A DNA stretch of 63,315 nucleotides, filler included, from Psammoneis japonica (taxonomy: Eukaryota): NCBI GenBank assembly GCA_008632985.1. It is 3 parts of 3 records of this genome, joined end to end, with 100 filler letters (N's around TTAATTAATTAA, not from the genome) between each part and the next. Parts side by side here need not be neighbours in the genome. Positions count along the whole stretch, not along the records: positions 42,776 to 63,315 come from QPGO01000447.1; 2 more parts are not named here. One strand, written 5' to 3'. Below the pieces are notes generated by a model. It had not been told where the DNA came from. It did no database searches and saw nothing but the letters and a program-made list of their open reading frames with translations. Of the stretch, positions 44,702 through 57,614 are shown in pieces (position 1 is the first letter of the stretch; each line of letters starts with the position of its first letter). A program made the translations under genes and the position numbers.

Positions 44702-45832
44702 ATGATTGTGTATATGCATGGCAGCAGCATCACTCGAGGAGGAATTAGTGTCCACAACCGTTGCAATCTAGTTCTAATAGCAAAGGTAGCAGTAATGATT
44801 GCGAGGAAGGAAGAAACCAAGTGGATTGATGCGTGGATTCGATGGGAGCGAAACACAGACTGTGATCATGACGATGAAAATAATAATGATAATGACGACG
44901 AACAACAACAACCTCCAACGACCAATGTCTTTACCTTTTCCTACCGTGTACCAAGTAACGAAAACAACAAGAGCGACGCTGTAGTTGACATATACTTGGA
45001 CGGATATGCGCTTGATTCGGAACAAACATGGAACTCCACCGGTCTGACGCTGTGGAGATCGTCCGAGTACTTGTGCGAATACCTCGTACAAAATCACGAG
45101 AAACTTGTTGCCGACCGTAACATTCTCGAATTGGGATCTGGACTGGGGCGCTGTGGAATCTTGGCGCACAAGCTACAAGAGATTGCTGCAGCTGCGCAAA
45201 CTGATGCTGGTAGAGTTGAACAACTTGCTGCTCGAGTCGTTTTGACCGATGGCGATACCGACGTGCTAACTCAGTTGCGAGCCAACGTGAAACGCAATAC
45301 TACCAACGATTCTTTCAATCGTCATGATGTGGATAGTGTAGACGTTATGAGCAACGCAGTGATTAATGTTCAGCAACTCTTGTGGGGACAAGACAATGCT
45401 CAAGGCTTTTGTGACCAACACGGGACGTTTGATTTCATTTTCGGTTCCGACCTGGTGTATGTACCTTCCGTGATTGAACCACTGTTTGAAACAGTCCGAG
45501 TTTTACTTTCGGACGCAAATGACAATCACATAGCCGAGCATCATTATTCACCCCGCTTTGTCATGGCCCATTGCCAACGTCGGGCTGGAAATGCCGTCAG
45601 CTTGGAAATGGTATTGCAAGGCGCTTCCCAACAAGGACTGGCACTGGTGGGGGATCCACAAAAGGTTGCTTCGACGTTCGAGTATGGAAACGACAAGAAG
45701 AATTATGACCAAGACGACAATGACATTGTGCTCTTGGTCTTTGCAAGAAGGATACACGAGAATAAGCTTCATGAGGGCAATGTTGTTGACGCGGGCGTTC
45801 TGAATGGAAAAAAGAATTTCATCTGCCGGTAA
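44702..45832 (+). CDS. METTL21/Methyltransf_16-like protein lysine methyltransferase (true start may be 44795)
   Basis: STGLTLWRSSEYLCEYL, ILELGSGLG, VLTDGD, LLWG, FDFIFGSDLVY. Confidence 0.9.
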   Translation: MIVYMHGSSITRGGISVHNRCNLVLIAKVAVMIARKEETKWIDAWIRWERNTDCDHDDENNNDNDDEQQQPPTTNVFTFSYRVPSNENNKSDAVVDIYLDGYALDSEQTWNSTGLTLWRSSEYLCEYLVQNHEKLVADRNILELGSGLGRCGILAHKLQEIAAAAQTDAGRVEQLAARVVLTDGDTDVLTQLRANVKRNTTNDSFNRHDVDSVDVMSNAVINVQQLLWGQDNAQGFCDQHGTFDFIFGSDLVYVPSVIEPLFETVRVLLSDANDNHIAEHHYSPRFVMAHCQRRAGNAVSLEMVLQGASQQGLALVGDPQKVASTFEYGNDKKNYDQDDNDIVLLVFARRIHENKLHEGNVVDAGVLNGKKNFICR

Positions 45833-46038
45833 TCTTGCAGCAAAACGAGACCTATACAATACACCAGTGTTCCCACTACCAACCGTCATTTCAAAGAATG
45901 AGGATTGGACTCCGTATTATTGCGCAGCACACTATAGGCGGCTCGTCTCTCTGTGCAAAGCAGAATTTGGTCTAACGAGTTGAATCAGCCTTGGCTTCGA
46001 CGCGTTTATAAGGGGTATAGGATGAAATAACATGCAAT

Positions 46039-49000
46039 TTATATAATGCGCACGCAGAATATTTTCATACGCGGCAGGGCCCAGTCAGACTTCTGCAATA
46101 TCCAATTCAAAATCTCCAAAATTATAATCCCAGCGGCCATGAACCAATACATGGTATGCGCGTCCATCAAGAGAAGCCCAAGTGACACTGCTTCCAATTG
46201 GGGAAAACAGCCAAGGTGATTTCCAGCAATGCAGTCGAGATTGTCACAACTTTCTGAAAATACAGTCAGCTGTGTAACAAAATTAGTGACATTGTTGCAA
46301 GTGGAGGCGGAAAGAACATTCCCCGTGCCCACGACGGTAAACCAAACCCCCGGGCTGCGGCCACCCACGGTATCTCTACAGTTGCCAACATTGTAGTCGA
46401 TGGTGACATTGCTACTAGTTGAGCCTTGCGTGGAAGAAGGAATCGCCAACGGGCCAATGGCGCCAGTGCAAAAATCATTTCCAAGGGGCGGTCCCCGATC
46501 CTCCAAATCCAACACAAAGTCTCCAGTGTTAGAATGTCCATGAACCAATATACTGTACGTGACACCCTCAAGAGATGGCCAAGAGACGCGGCTTTGGCGG
46601 CTGGAGCTCTCACAGGTGTCGTCATCATCGTTTATAGCAATGCAGTTGAGGCTGTCGCAGCTTCCAGAAAATACCGACAGTTTTGTGTCGAAAGTAGTGG
46701 CATTGCTACAAGTGGAGGCGGAAAGAATATTTCCGGTGCCAATGACGGTGAGCCACACACCCGGAGCCCGATGACTTCCGCAGTCGTCAAGGTTGTACTC
46801 GATGGTGGCATTCATTGTGGAGCCTTGTGTGGAAGAGGGAATCTCCAATGGGCCAATTGCGCCTGCACAAAGATCGTTTGGCACGGGCGGTCCGCGATCC
46901 TCCAAATCTAATTGGAAGTCTCCCAATGAAGAACCGAAGCGCCCATGGAGTAACACAAAATAGAACACACCGGGAACAGAAGGCCATGTGACGCGAGAGT
47001 TACCCCCGCCACAATCAGCATTGCTGTCTCCAGCAATGCACACTAGATTGTCGCAGCTCCCAGAAAATACCGACAGCTGTATATTAAATGAAGTGGCATT
47101 GTTGCAGGTGGAGGCGGAAAGAACATTCCCCGTGCCCACGACGGTAAACCAAACCCCCGGGCTGCGGCCACCCAAGGCGCTACCACATTCACCAACATTG
47201 TCAATGCTTGCATCACTGGTTGAACTTTGTGTGAAAGAAGGAATGACCAATGGGCCAATCGCGCCAGTGCAAAGATCATTTCCTAAGGGCGGTCCACGAT
47301 CCTCCAAATCCAATACAAAGTCTCCTTTTATAATAAACCGGTATGCATGAACCAAGACGAAGTACTTGACTCCATCGAGAGTTGGCCAGGTGACGCGGCT
47401 ACTGAAGCTGTCACACGCATCGTTACTTCCACCAATGCATTCGAGATTGTCACAGCTTCCGACAAATATCGATAACTGAGTATCAAAAGTAGTAGCATTG
47501 TTGCAGGTAGAGGCAGAAACAACGTTGCCCGTGCCAACAACGGTAAACCATATTCCTGGGCCAGGGCCACCCAAGGTATCCCCACAAAAGTCGTAGACAT
47601 TATTGTCGATGGTTGCATTGCTGGTCGAGCCGTGTGTCGAAGAAGGGATCGCCAATGGGCCAATGGCTCCCGTGCACACATCATTTTCCAAGGGCGGTCC
47701 TCGATCCTCCACATCAATTGGAAATCTCCACTGTTGTCAAATCCATGAACTAATATACTGTAAGTGACAGCATCAAGAGATGGCCAAGTGACGCGGCTTT
47801 GGAAGCTGTCACAGGCATCGTCATTGTTGTTTCCAGCAATGCAGTCGAGGCTATCGCAACGTCCAGAAAATACTGAAAGTTGTGTGTCGAAACTAGTGGC
47901 GTCATTGCAAGTGGAGGCAGAGAGTACATTCCCTGTGCCAACGACGGTAAACCACACGCCCGGGGTTTCACGTTCAATAGCACTTCCACATCTACCAGAA
48001 TTGAAGTCGATGGTGGCATTGCTGGTCGAGCCGTATGTGGAAGAAGGAATGGCCAATGGTCCCATCGCTCGATGGCAGTAATCATTGTCTAGATCGACAT
48101 CCAACCGAAAGTCTCCAGTGGTATTGTCAGACCCACGGACAAGCACATAGTACTGCTCGCCAACATCTGTATCCAGTGTGACGCGGCTTTGACTACCGCA
48201 GGCATTGTCGTTGGAGTTAATACACCGCAAAGCAGTGCAACTTCCAGAGAATACAGAAATTTCTGTGTTAAATGTGGCGGTGTCGCTGTTACACGTGGAC
48301 AACAACAAAGGTTCTCCAGTGCCTAAAATGGTGTACCAAACGCCCGCGGCACTAGCACGACTTGCACTTCCGCAATTGGTAATGTTGTCGCCTGTTGCCG
48401 GCTTCGTCGAACCTTTCGTAGAGGACGGAATCGAGAGGGTAATCGCGCTCTCGCAAAAATCATTTTCTGGCTCGTCGAAACCTAACCGAAATTCACCTGT
48501 TGCACTCTTCCCATGCACGAGCACATAGTACTGCTCTCCTTCTTCAGAAATCCAATTGACGCGACTCTGTACGCTGCAACCATAGGCGTCATTATTGCCG
48601 TCGATGCATTCCAAATTACTGCAGTCGCCCGAAAACACGGAGATTTCCGTATTGGAAGTGGTGTCATTGTTGCAAGTTGAGGCAGAAATGGTGTTGCCGG
48701 TACCCTTGACAGAGTACCAAGCCCCAAACGTTGCACCCATGCTGGCACTGCCACAGGCAGGAACATTGTCGACAGAAGCACCAATGGTTGACCCCTCCAC
48801 AGAGGACGGAATTGGGAGGACTTCAAACGCACTGCTGCACATGTCGTTCTCGAGCAATTCAGGACTCGTACTAGCAGGCGGTGATCCGTCTGATTGTAAC
48901 ATGAGGGGAATGACGACACCGATTGCAATCAGAACGACTATCAATATTGCAATCAGTCCCTGGAATTTCCGTTGGCGATACCATGGTGGTGGTGGAATCA

Positions 49001-49937
49001 AGGGAGCTGCCGATACGACATCTTGCTCGTCGACAAGCTGAGCAGAGATAAGACTTGGGTCGTCATTTGAAGAAGGAGTGGGTGCGTGTTGGTCTTGTGG
49101 TTCTGGCCAAACTGTTCCTGCATCACTATAGCTACCGTGAAAGCTACCCACTCGAAAGGCTCCTGGATGTACACTGTTGTGATCGTTAGTAGGCAGTGGA
49201 TGCTCTGTGTGAACTGATGACATTGATAAAGTATCTTGATTTTGATTTGATGCATTGAAACCAGCTACCGGGAATGCACCGGGCTGCGTTGTCTGGGTTG
49301 ACATGGTAGAATTGGCTTGAGATTCCACGGTAGGTGTCAATGTACCTGACGGCCGAGGTTGCTGAACATTTTCAGATTGCGCCGCAGCCGAGTTTGCTGC
49401 TGCTGCTGCGTGGACGGCTGCTTTCTTGGCAAAGCTCTTTTCTTCAACAATGTCGCCGCCGTTATCTAAATTACTCTCATTTCCCCCCACGTTGTATTTT
49501 ACGTCATATCTTGATGAACCTTTGGTCATGTGTTTCTCTTCTTTTCCCAACGGGGTCTCGCCTTTGTCAACCGCCGCGGCTTGAAATGAAGGGCGAGGCC
49601 GGTCTTGAGTGTTGCGATAGACGTGATGCATAGCACTGGACGGAGGAGGTTTCTTCATAGCTTTCTCCTTCTCCTTAGAATCATGATCCTGTTCATTATC
49701 ATTGTTAGGTAATACCGAAGAACCCCTGCTACTAGCGAGATAACAGGCGGCTACTTCGGCGACCGCGTCGTTGTTAGATGGCTGTACAGTAGGCTCTGGG
49801 GGAGACGGCTGCTGAGCCGCACGCATCACTGGTGGCGTCAGAGAAGCAGGCGCTAATACAGCTGGGGCTACCGTGCTCTCCTCATCTTCGGTAGAGCCGC
49901 GAGTGGAGAGGTCACGGCGCACGTTGGAAGCCATCAA
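46039..49937 (-). CDS. Single-pass membrane protein: disordered N-terminus with PGAF-x-V motifs, TM helix, 7 tandem ~130-aa Cys-containing beta-rich repeats; frame breaks near 47712 and 46200
   Basis: QPGAFPV, HPGAFRV; TM LIAILIVVLIAIGVVIPLML; repeat ND-x-C..GST..GVWFTV-x-GTG..ASTC..FDTQLSVFSG-x-C..ILVHG..GDF. Confidence 0.82.
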
Positions 49938-50234
49938 TGCTTGCCGCTGTTGTGATGGGGACTCGAATACAGCTATAGAAGTGGTTGGACAAAAATGCTT
50001 TTGCAGAAACAGATCACTTGTTCAACAAAAATACACCATCGTCATAAAAGAGGGGAGCGGGGAGGGCTGAAGATGTATCACTTCCTCGCGGGAAAGTTCA
50101 TTCTTTGTCAACTATGTCTTCGACAAGAGCCTGACGAAACGCTGAGAAACGCAGAACCGAGTCCCAGTTGCCAACGAGCAGGGGAAAAAGAGAAAACAAA
50201 AACGCTGTGTACATTACATGAAAAAGAGCTAACA

Positions 50235-53200
50235 GACCATGGTTGGCATGCGCGCACGCACGCAGCTGGCGGTGCAGCATGACGCACAACGCCATGCTTC
50301 CATGTGCAAAATCACAAAACACCCATTTTTTTACCAAAAGGCATTTCCAACCGACTGATGTCATGCCAATGTGAAGTTCCCGACAACTTTTGGGGTCACA
50401 AGCAGAGAGTTGCATCAGTTGTGTGGAGCTGTCACCAAAATTCGCCCCCTCTGGTGCCCTGCCTCTGCTTTCTCCCATGCAACAAAGGTGCTGCGCAAAA
50501 AGTCAGCTCCGTTTTTAAGCGCCCAGCACCACGAACAACACACACCCACTGCGTTCTTGCAAGACATTGATTTAAAGTGCAGGAGACTGTGATGAGGATG
50601 CTTGCATCTTGGGCATTTCTGTCTCTGGCAGGGGGGCAAAATCCAGCTGAACAAGCTTGAAACAAAATTGAGTCGAGCGGGTCACACAGGATTCAAGGCT
50701 CATGACTTGGGGCACAACAAAGGGAAATGGGCCCTTTCTCAACACCAAGATGGACAACAACATCAACAAGAAACCCACTTTTGACAACATTCCATTTTGC
50801 AACTCATTGTTGACCTGGTGAAAACCACATTTTGCCTGCCTCTTTCATGCTGAAAGCAACTCGCACACAGTCCATGAGAAAGCCCGCTGCAAGCCACACT
50901 GTTGAGTTTTCAAATTTGACATTTTGCATCTCTGTGATCCAACTAGAGCAGATTCAAGAAAGAGGAAGAACTTCCATTCACTGAAATTTGTTGCTCCGTG
51001 GGACAGCAGCATCAGTGTGACTTCATCAACACGGCTCAAGAGCTCTTTCCTTGAGACGTGCACCAAGAATTTGTCAACAAAATCTTTCTCCAGCAGGGCT
51101 GTTGTCAAATTGCAAATGCCATGGTGGAACAGTCACAGCTGCTTTCTAACAGTCTCAAAAGGTTCTTTGGAGCCAAGCACTTGCTCTTTGCATGAGAGCC
51201 CTCGTTCAATGTGCTGTGCTTGGCAGCCCAGTTCAGGCTGCTCTTGAGTCTTGCTTGAGCAACCTCATTCTGAGTTGCCGCCAGACCAAGCTCCTTTGCA
51301 AAATCTTTCTTGTAATGCCACCACTTTGTCTTCACACTTTCCAGCTTTTTTGTTGCCACCAGCTTTGCTCAGTGGGTGCCAAAAATGCAGTGCATGGTCC
51401 GTGGATGTAGAATCAACTGGAGACATGGCATGGACTGAGTCGGCATCTTTTTGTCCACAACTCAACACAAAATCAAAACCATCAAGAATGCATTCAGACA
51501 CCTCTTGAACTGCCCCCAAGCAACAACATGTCTGATGCATTCTTGCAAAAGCAACGGCTTGCCAGGCACCTGTTGAAGCAACACAACTGTTGCCATCATC
51601 AGCACAAGATTTGATCAATTTCCCCATTGGTCACCATGGTGATGGGGTGCTTTTGCACAGTGCACAAAATTTCTTCAGCACACACACACTTTTTCAATGA
51701 ACCTGAGCTGGACGTGTTGTTGGCCAATTCTGTGGGATGTGCATGGTTGGTTTGGTGTGGAGGACATGGAGGGCTGGCCTGTCAATGTGCTGCGCACACA
51801 GCTCCTGTGTTGTGTCACTGACTGCCCAGCCCCAGCTTCAGAAGAGGTCCACTGTCCTTGCCACTGCACAATGGAGGAGTGCAACCAGATGGTCAGCATG
51901 TTTGCAGTTTGTGGCTGAAGCACTCCTTGCTGTTGGACCTGAAACACAGAAAGTTGCAACACAAGCAGCAAGAAATTTGTGGATGGTGCTCAAACTTGAG
52001 AAGCTGTCTGCAAGCCAAACTGTGGACAGCTGCTGATGTGTTCCAGCTGCAAGGAACAGAAAAGTGCAAAAAATGGACATTTCAGCATGCAAGCTCTGAC
52101 TTTCTGTGGCGGCCAACTTGGGGACAAACCTGCCAAGCCAGAACAATGTCTCTCTCATTTGCTCATGTTTTTGTGCACTGACAAGACCTGCTGCAGTGCA
52201 CCCAAACCATTGGTTTCTTTTGATTTTCCATTTTGAGAGTGTCAAAAGCATCGTTGCAACATTGCAGCAGCAATTTTTACAAGCAATTTTTTCTTGTGCT
52301 CATTCAGTTGTTTAATTCCAAGCAAACGGGGCCATCATTTGAGTTTTTGACAATGTTCGTTGCATTCATTCATGAATTTGACACTGTGCCATTGGGGATC
52401 ACACAAAGAGTGCTTTTGAACAACAGCAAATGACTTGCTGCACAGATGTTTGACTTCAGGCTGAGAAGATGATTTTCACTTGGTGCACCATTGGGCATTT
52501 TTTGTCAATTGCATCACCTGAGAGTCAATGCATGAGGGCACCAAAATGGATCTGCTGTGTGACACAGAAGCAACCACATGAGCTGAAGCAGACACGCGGC
52601 ACGCAGGATTCAAAGGAGTCATTTTCATCTTGAATGTTTTTAGAATGGGAGATCAAAATGGCACCTGAGGCTCGGTCTACAGGTGAACCGAGCCGGATCG
52701 GATCGCCGGATCGACTCCTTCATAACCCATTAAAATATTAGTCCATCGAGTCAAAAAGTCGATCCGTGGCCTTCGTGGGACTGATCCGCCATCTCGGATC
52801 GGATGTCGGATCAAATTTTGAAGATTCCGTGCCGTCATCACGACAATGGCGCAACATCACACGATTATGATACAGGGCGGCATAAGATTCAGCCATAAGG
52901 GCACAGAACTTACTTAGCATTACAGCTCAAGTCTTCCCATGCTGGAAATGGAGATGAAAAAGGTCGTATGGCAATAGAATAGCTTGTCAAACTGATAATG
53001 CCGTAAAGATTTGTTGGAGAAACATTGAATAAGCAAAATAACAAGTATTTATTATGTAATTCGAAATTTCAATACGAAAACATAGCGTCAGTTTCTTAAT
53101 TACAAAAGTGATAGCTTTTTCGTCCTTAGCGTTGCTGCAAACACTGAGTGACAACGATGCTCAATGATGCGGTCAAGTAAGTATGTAAAGCAGTAATAAG

Positions 53201-53880
53201 AGCATACTTCTGTCGTCATATCGTCTCGTTTTGACAAGATGTGAAGCATCATGGCCACACTTCTTGTTGTCCGCTTTTGTCAGTGCTTTGTTGTTCTTGG
53301 GAATTTGGAATCTTGAAACTTATGTTGTTTTGCGACTCATCAAAATGTCGAATCCGATCCGCGATCCGATCTGGTTCCACCTGTCGACTAACGGAATTCT
53401 GACGCGATCCGATCCGGCGATCCGATCCGGCGCGGTTCACCTGTAGACGGAGCCTGAGAAGAGGGTGCAAAAACTTTGCACTTGAAAGTTGCTGAGATCT
53501 CCATGAGTCCAGAGCCGCTGCACCAAATGAGAGAGAAATGGAACCCACGGACTGAGCGAAGTTCTGCGGCAGTTCAAACGAAGGCATTTTTGTTGCCACA
53601 CAAGGTGGAAATTGGCTCTGTTGCTTTGTGGCAGTTTGCTTCTCTTTGAGAAAACAGTTCCTTGAAGCATGCACAAAAGGAATTTGATTTTTTCCTCACT
53701 GGAGTTCAAGAAGACAGCCACACCCGAGTGGGCTGCAAACAGCGCGCAAGTCAATGAAGTTGCCATTTTGAGCATCACCTCTGGTGCTGGAACACGTCTG
53801 CCAGCAGCAATGAATGCTGGCTCTCTCAACATTTTACATTCTAACAACACACAGCAGCCACAGTGATTTCATCCAGAATC
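50235..53880. mobile_element. Intergenic TpA/CpG-depleted repeat relic (family unidentified) hosting a younger MITE
   Basis: Compositional signature on both sides of the MITE; Tyr-poor, Cys-rich ORF fragments. Confidence 0.65.
52669..53454. mobile_element. Non-autonomous PIF/Harbinger-type element (MITE), 786 bp, 45-bp TIRs, TGA target duplication
   Basis: TIR GGCTC(G/C)GTCTACAGGTGAACCG(A/C)GCCGGATCGGATCGCCGGATCG at 52669-52713 and inverted at 53410-53454 (2 mismatches); TGA at 52666-52668 and 53455-53457; subterminal GATCC/GGATC repeats. Confidence 0.9.
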
Positions 53881-54243
53881 AATCTATGGAGAAGCAAAAC
53901 ATTGGTCCTCACAAGTTCGTCAGTCCACTGGTTTCACTTCCTTCCAAACCGAAAAGTCATTTCGTGCGTTGATGTAGCTTGAGTACCGGTACAAAAAATT
54001 GTCTTTGGAACGAAGTGCGTCACAGGGGGTGTAGACAGACTTTTGGGGCTTAATAAGGCCCTGTTTTGAATTACTCGAGGGCTTAAATACAACAGTCATG
54101 GACTGTTTTTCATTCCTGCGAAACTCATGACAAAGTAATAGCACAAAGCGAACGATGTTGCAAAGGCAAAGACAAAGCTGTCAATGTATCACCAAGCGTA
54201 TAGCATGACACTGAGTTGTCATCGCTACCACGACTTGTGGTCA

Positions 54244-57200
54244 ATGAGTGTTCTCTTGGTGTTTGCTTTGATGGTTGTCTCGGCAATGGCCGTAGACAAT
54301 GACGAAGGAATGGCCATTTTTGCAAACAGCGCATCAGCGCCTGGGTACTCTCTTTGGGACGGTGGCAAATTCTCAGAACGAATTTCAATGAAATTCTCGT
54401 CTACTACGTGGCGTATGATTCAGGGCGCATATTCACCAACTCGTGACGAAGCTATTATTGTTGGATCAACCATAGATGGAAAAGTCAATGCACAAATGTA
54501 CTCGGGAGGTGCTTGGAGCACGATCCCTTTTCGCCGCTTGATAAGAAGTCGATAATAGCTTTCTCAAAGGATTTGACGTTGCATATGAGTCTCGAAGTGG
54601 AAACGCATTACTGGTGTGGAATGTCGGTTGGCAAGACAACACTATTTACTATCGAACGTTCAACGGTATTTCATGGAGCCCAAAATCAAGGATTGAATCT
54701 TTTGTACCGAGTGGCACGAGTGTTCGACTTCTCCTAGCGTCCAATCCCAAGTCAGACGAAATGATCCTTGCTGTATCTGGAAACGGATTTTCTTCATATT
54801 GTTTGGTGTGGAACGGGAGTGAGTTTGGAAATGGATTAAAGTTAAAGACCGATGGAGAAGTGGAAGAAAGTCCAATCGACATTGCTTACGAGCAACAAAG
54901 CGGAAGAGCATTAGTCGCCTATCGAGGAAGCGATTCGCCATTAGTTCCTGCAGTTAGTACATGGGACGGCAGTGGCTGGAGTGACGCATCAGATGAAGCT
55001 CGTGCACATATGGAAGGCATGACGGGCAACATTAGGCAAGTCAATTTGGGCTCGGATCCTACAAGCAACAGAATCGCTTTAGGAGTCACAGCATACAGCC
55101 CAAATGCCTTTTGGTTGGCTATATGGGATGGGGACATTGACAAATGGGATTCGATCGAGATCGCAAGCAACGAATTAGATACCCAACCTCTTAACGCCCT
55201 TTCCGTTCAATTTGAAGGTACAACTGGGAGGGCTCTTGCAACGTATACAACAGATGTACTCTTCGGTTTGTCACCTGACAGTGATGCATATTGGATGACA
55301 CTCTATGGAATACAATATTGGATGAAGTATAGAACTTGGTCTCCAGTAAGCGGCTGGTCAGAAGAGAACAACGGCCCGGTCGCTGGAGGCAAGCCAAAAA
55401 CAATAAGCTTATCTTCGTTTCAGAATGGGAATGAAATCATGCTCTCCCTTCAAGATGTTAATAAGCACGCAAATTATTGTGTTTGGAATGGGGATACTCG
55501 TTCTTGGGGTCAGGTATATCAAATGACCAGCAACACAGGGGATACTTCTGGTAGGGCTTTGAATCATTTGTTCTTGTGGAAAGAGAGACGTGATACAAAC
55601 TATCAAACGCTTTCGCCTACGATGGAGCCTACCGTTTCGGTGACAATGCATCCAACGCTAGTTCCTACTGCGGGGCCTACAATGAAACCTACCGTTCTTA
55701 CTGTGCCACCAACATCAGTACCTACAACGCGTTCGACCACGACACCAACGAGTCGCCCGACTTCTCACCCAACTCGTTATCCGACAGAACGACCAACTGA
55801 AATCTCGACAATGGCTCCAACAACTTCTCCGACAAATGGTCCCACTGCCGCTCCTACCCAGTCTCCCACACCGATACCAACTTCATTCCCAACACCATCT
55901 CCGTCACAAAGACCATCACGCCTTCCCACTGCACGCCCAAGTGTCGCACCAACCGTCGTACCCAAGATCCAGGACCCAGCGGCCGCAAGTGAAACCGACA
56001 ATGAAGCTGGAATAGATGTAGAAGCTGGTAGACCTTGTTCAGGCAACAAGCAATGTAAATCATCAACTTGTCGAAGCGGTGTTTGCATGGCATCGTCTGC
56101 GTGTTACCCAATCAAGCACAAGTTTGGTTCTCCCTTTCACAAAACAGAATCAATATTGTGTTTGTTCCTTCGGCTTTCGACTCGGTCGGTCACGAAGTTT
56201 GGCATGACCAGCTTAACAAGACATACAGTGTCATGCAGAACTACACAATGTTTGCAAAGAAGATTGATGTGCTCAATGTCTTCATGGTGGATCCGTTTGA
56301 GTTGGACTCGTCATTTTGTAATTCGCATTGCAAAGGAATCGATCGATTGCTTTGGTAAGTCTTGTTTTGTTTTGAAGACAATCGGCAGCAACATCGATTG
56401 CTTTTCTGACTAAACCTTTCGCGCTCATTCACTATAGCTGCGACATTCGACGAACCCACGCGTTGGCCAGCAAATGCTTCCCAGTTGGTCCCAATCTTCA
56501 AACGGTCGTAATTCATAACTCAGAGCATTATGCGGGTGCTGGCTACACCGCCGACAATGTTGCTACTGTGACTACGAATCCTGAAGCGCCTTTGATAGCA
56601 GTGCATGAGCTTGGACACTCACTATTTGAACTAGCCGATGAGTATCCATATGGGCGCGGTCATGCATCGTCACCAAATTGTGCTTCAAGCAGCTCGTGCG
56701 ACAAATGGGTCGACCTCCTGGGGAGAGAGAACAAACCAAGAGGATACAATAGGGTCAAATGCATCCCTGGTTGCGGAAATATGGCATATTTCGTCTCGGG
56801 AAAAACCTTCATGGACGACCTGAGTGCTCCCGTTGGAGCGGTCAATGAAAGGTTTAGTTGCTGCACGTATTTGGCATTGACAAAACAACTCCCGTCGTAC
56901 TGCAAGGTGTTTGATCCTTCCCCAAATTATTTGCTCAGCTACTGCCAGACCAATGATTACCAGAAATATGGAAGCTCAAGTTATGGAAGCGAGGAGGTTC
57001 TTGCCATTCCGGGATATGCAAACAATGACGAACACGAAGCAAAGTACATGCACGTTTCAGACCCGGTGCTGGTGACAATAATATCAAAACGACGTCGATC
57101 CGGCTCCTCAGTATATCGAGCGAAAAGTTCTCCCTTGAAAGAGTCTGGAATGTTTCTCAAGTCTCAGGTTAAGGGCGACTTTGTTAGTCCAAAGGCCGCA

Positions 57201-57428
57201 GCGAAGCATGGTGTAGATTCACTGTTAAAAGTCATGGTGATTTATCGGACTGGCAAAGAGACGATGTTTCTTTCAAAAAACAAAACTATTGAAGTGCCTC
57301 CGCCTCCTCCCAATAATACGACGTCTGAAGAAGTCCCTTCCAGTGTTTCAGACGAGTCCAATGTTTTCGAGTTGGTGTTGGACACAAGAGGACGAATCGT
57401 AAAAAAGATTCGTGTAAAGGCGGTTTAA
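54244..57428 (+). CDS. Secreted modular metalloprotease: W-(D/N)-G-x-x-W repeat domain, Pro/Thr linker, Cys knot, M64 (IgA-peptidase-like) domain; intron 56355-56437; frame breaks near 54525 and 56140
   Basis: Signal MSVLLVFALMVVSAMA; repeated WDG/WNG; PT-rich tract; YAGAG..AVHELGHSLFELADEY zincin motif. Confidence 0.82.
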
Positions 57429-57614
57429 GCCTTACACCATACAACAATAATCTGGAACATTCAGCAGCAAATGTTGCAGATTTCGTGCCGGCAACGTTGT
57501 TGTCAGTGTTCCGAATTTTCTCCTGCCAGCACAACGAAGAACTCTCATTTTCAGACAGTTAGAGAGGCGATCACACGTACCAGGTGCTACCGGTAGCTGT
57601 TAACATATCTAAAA

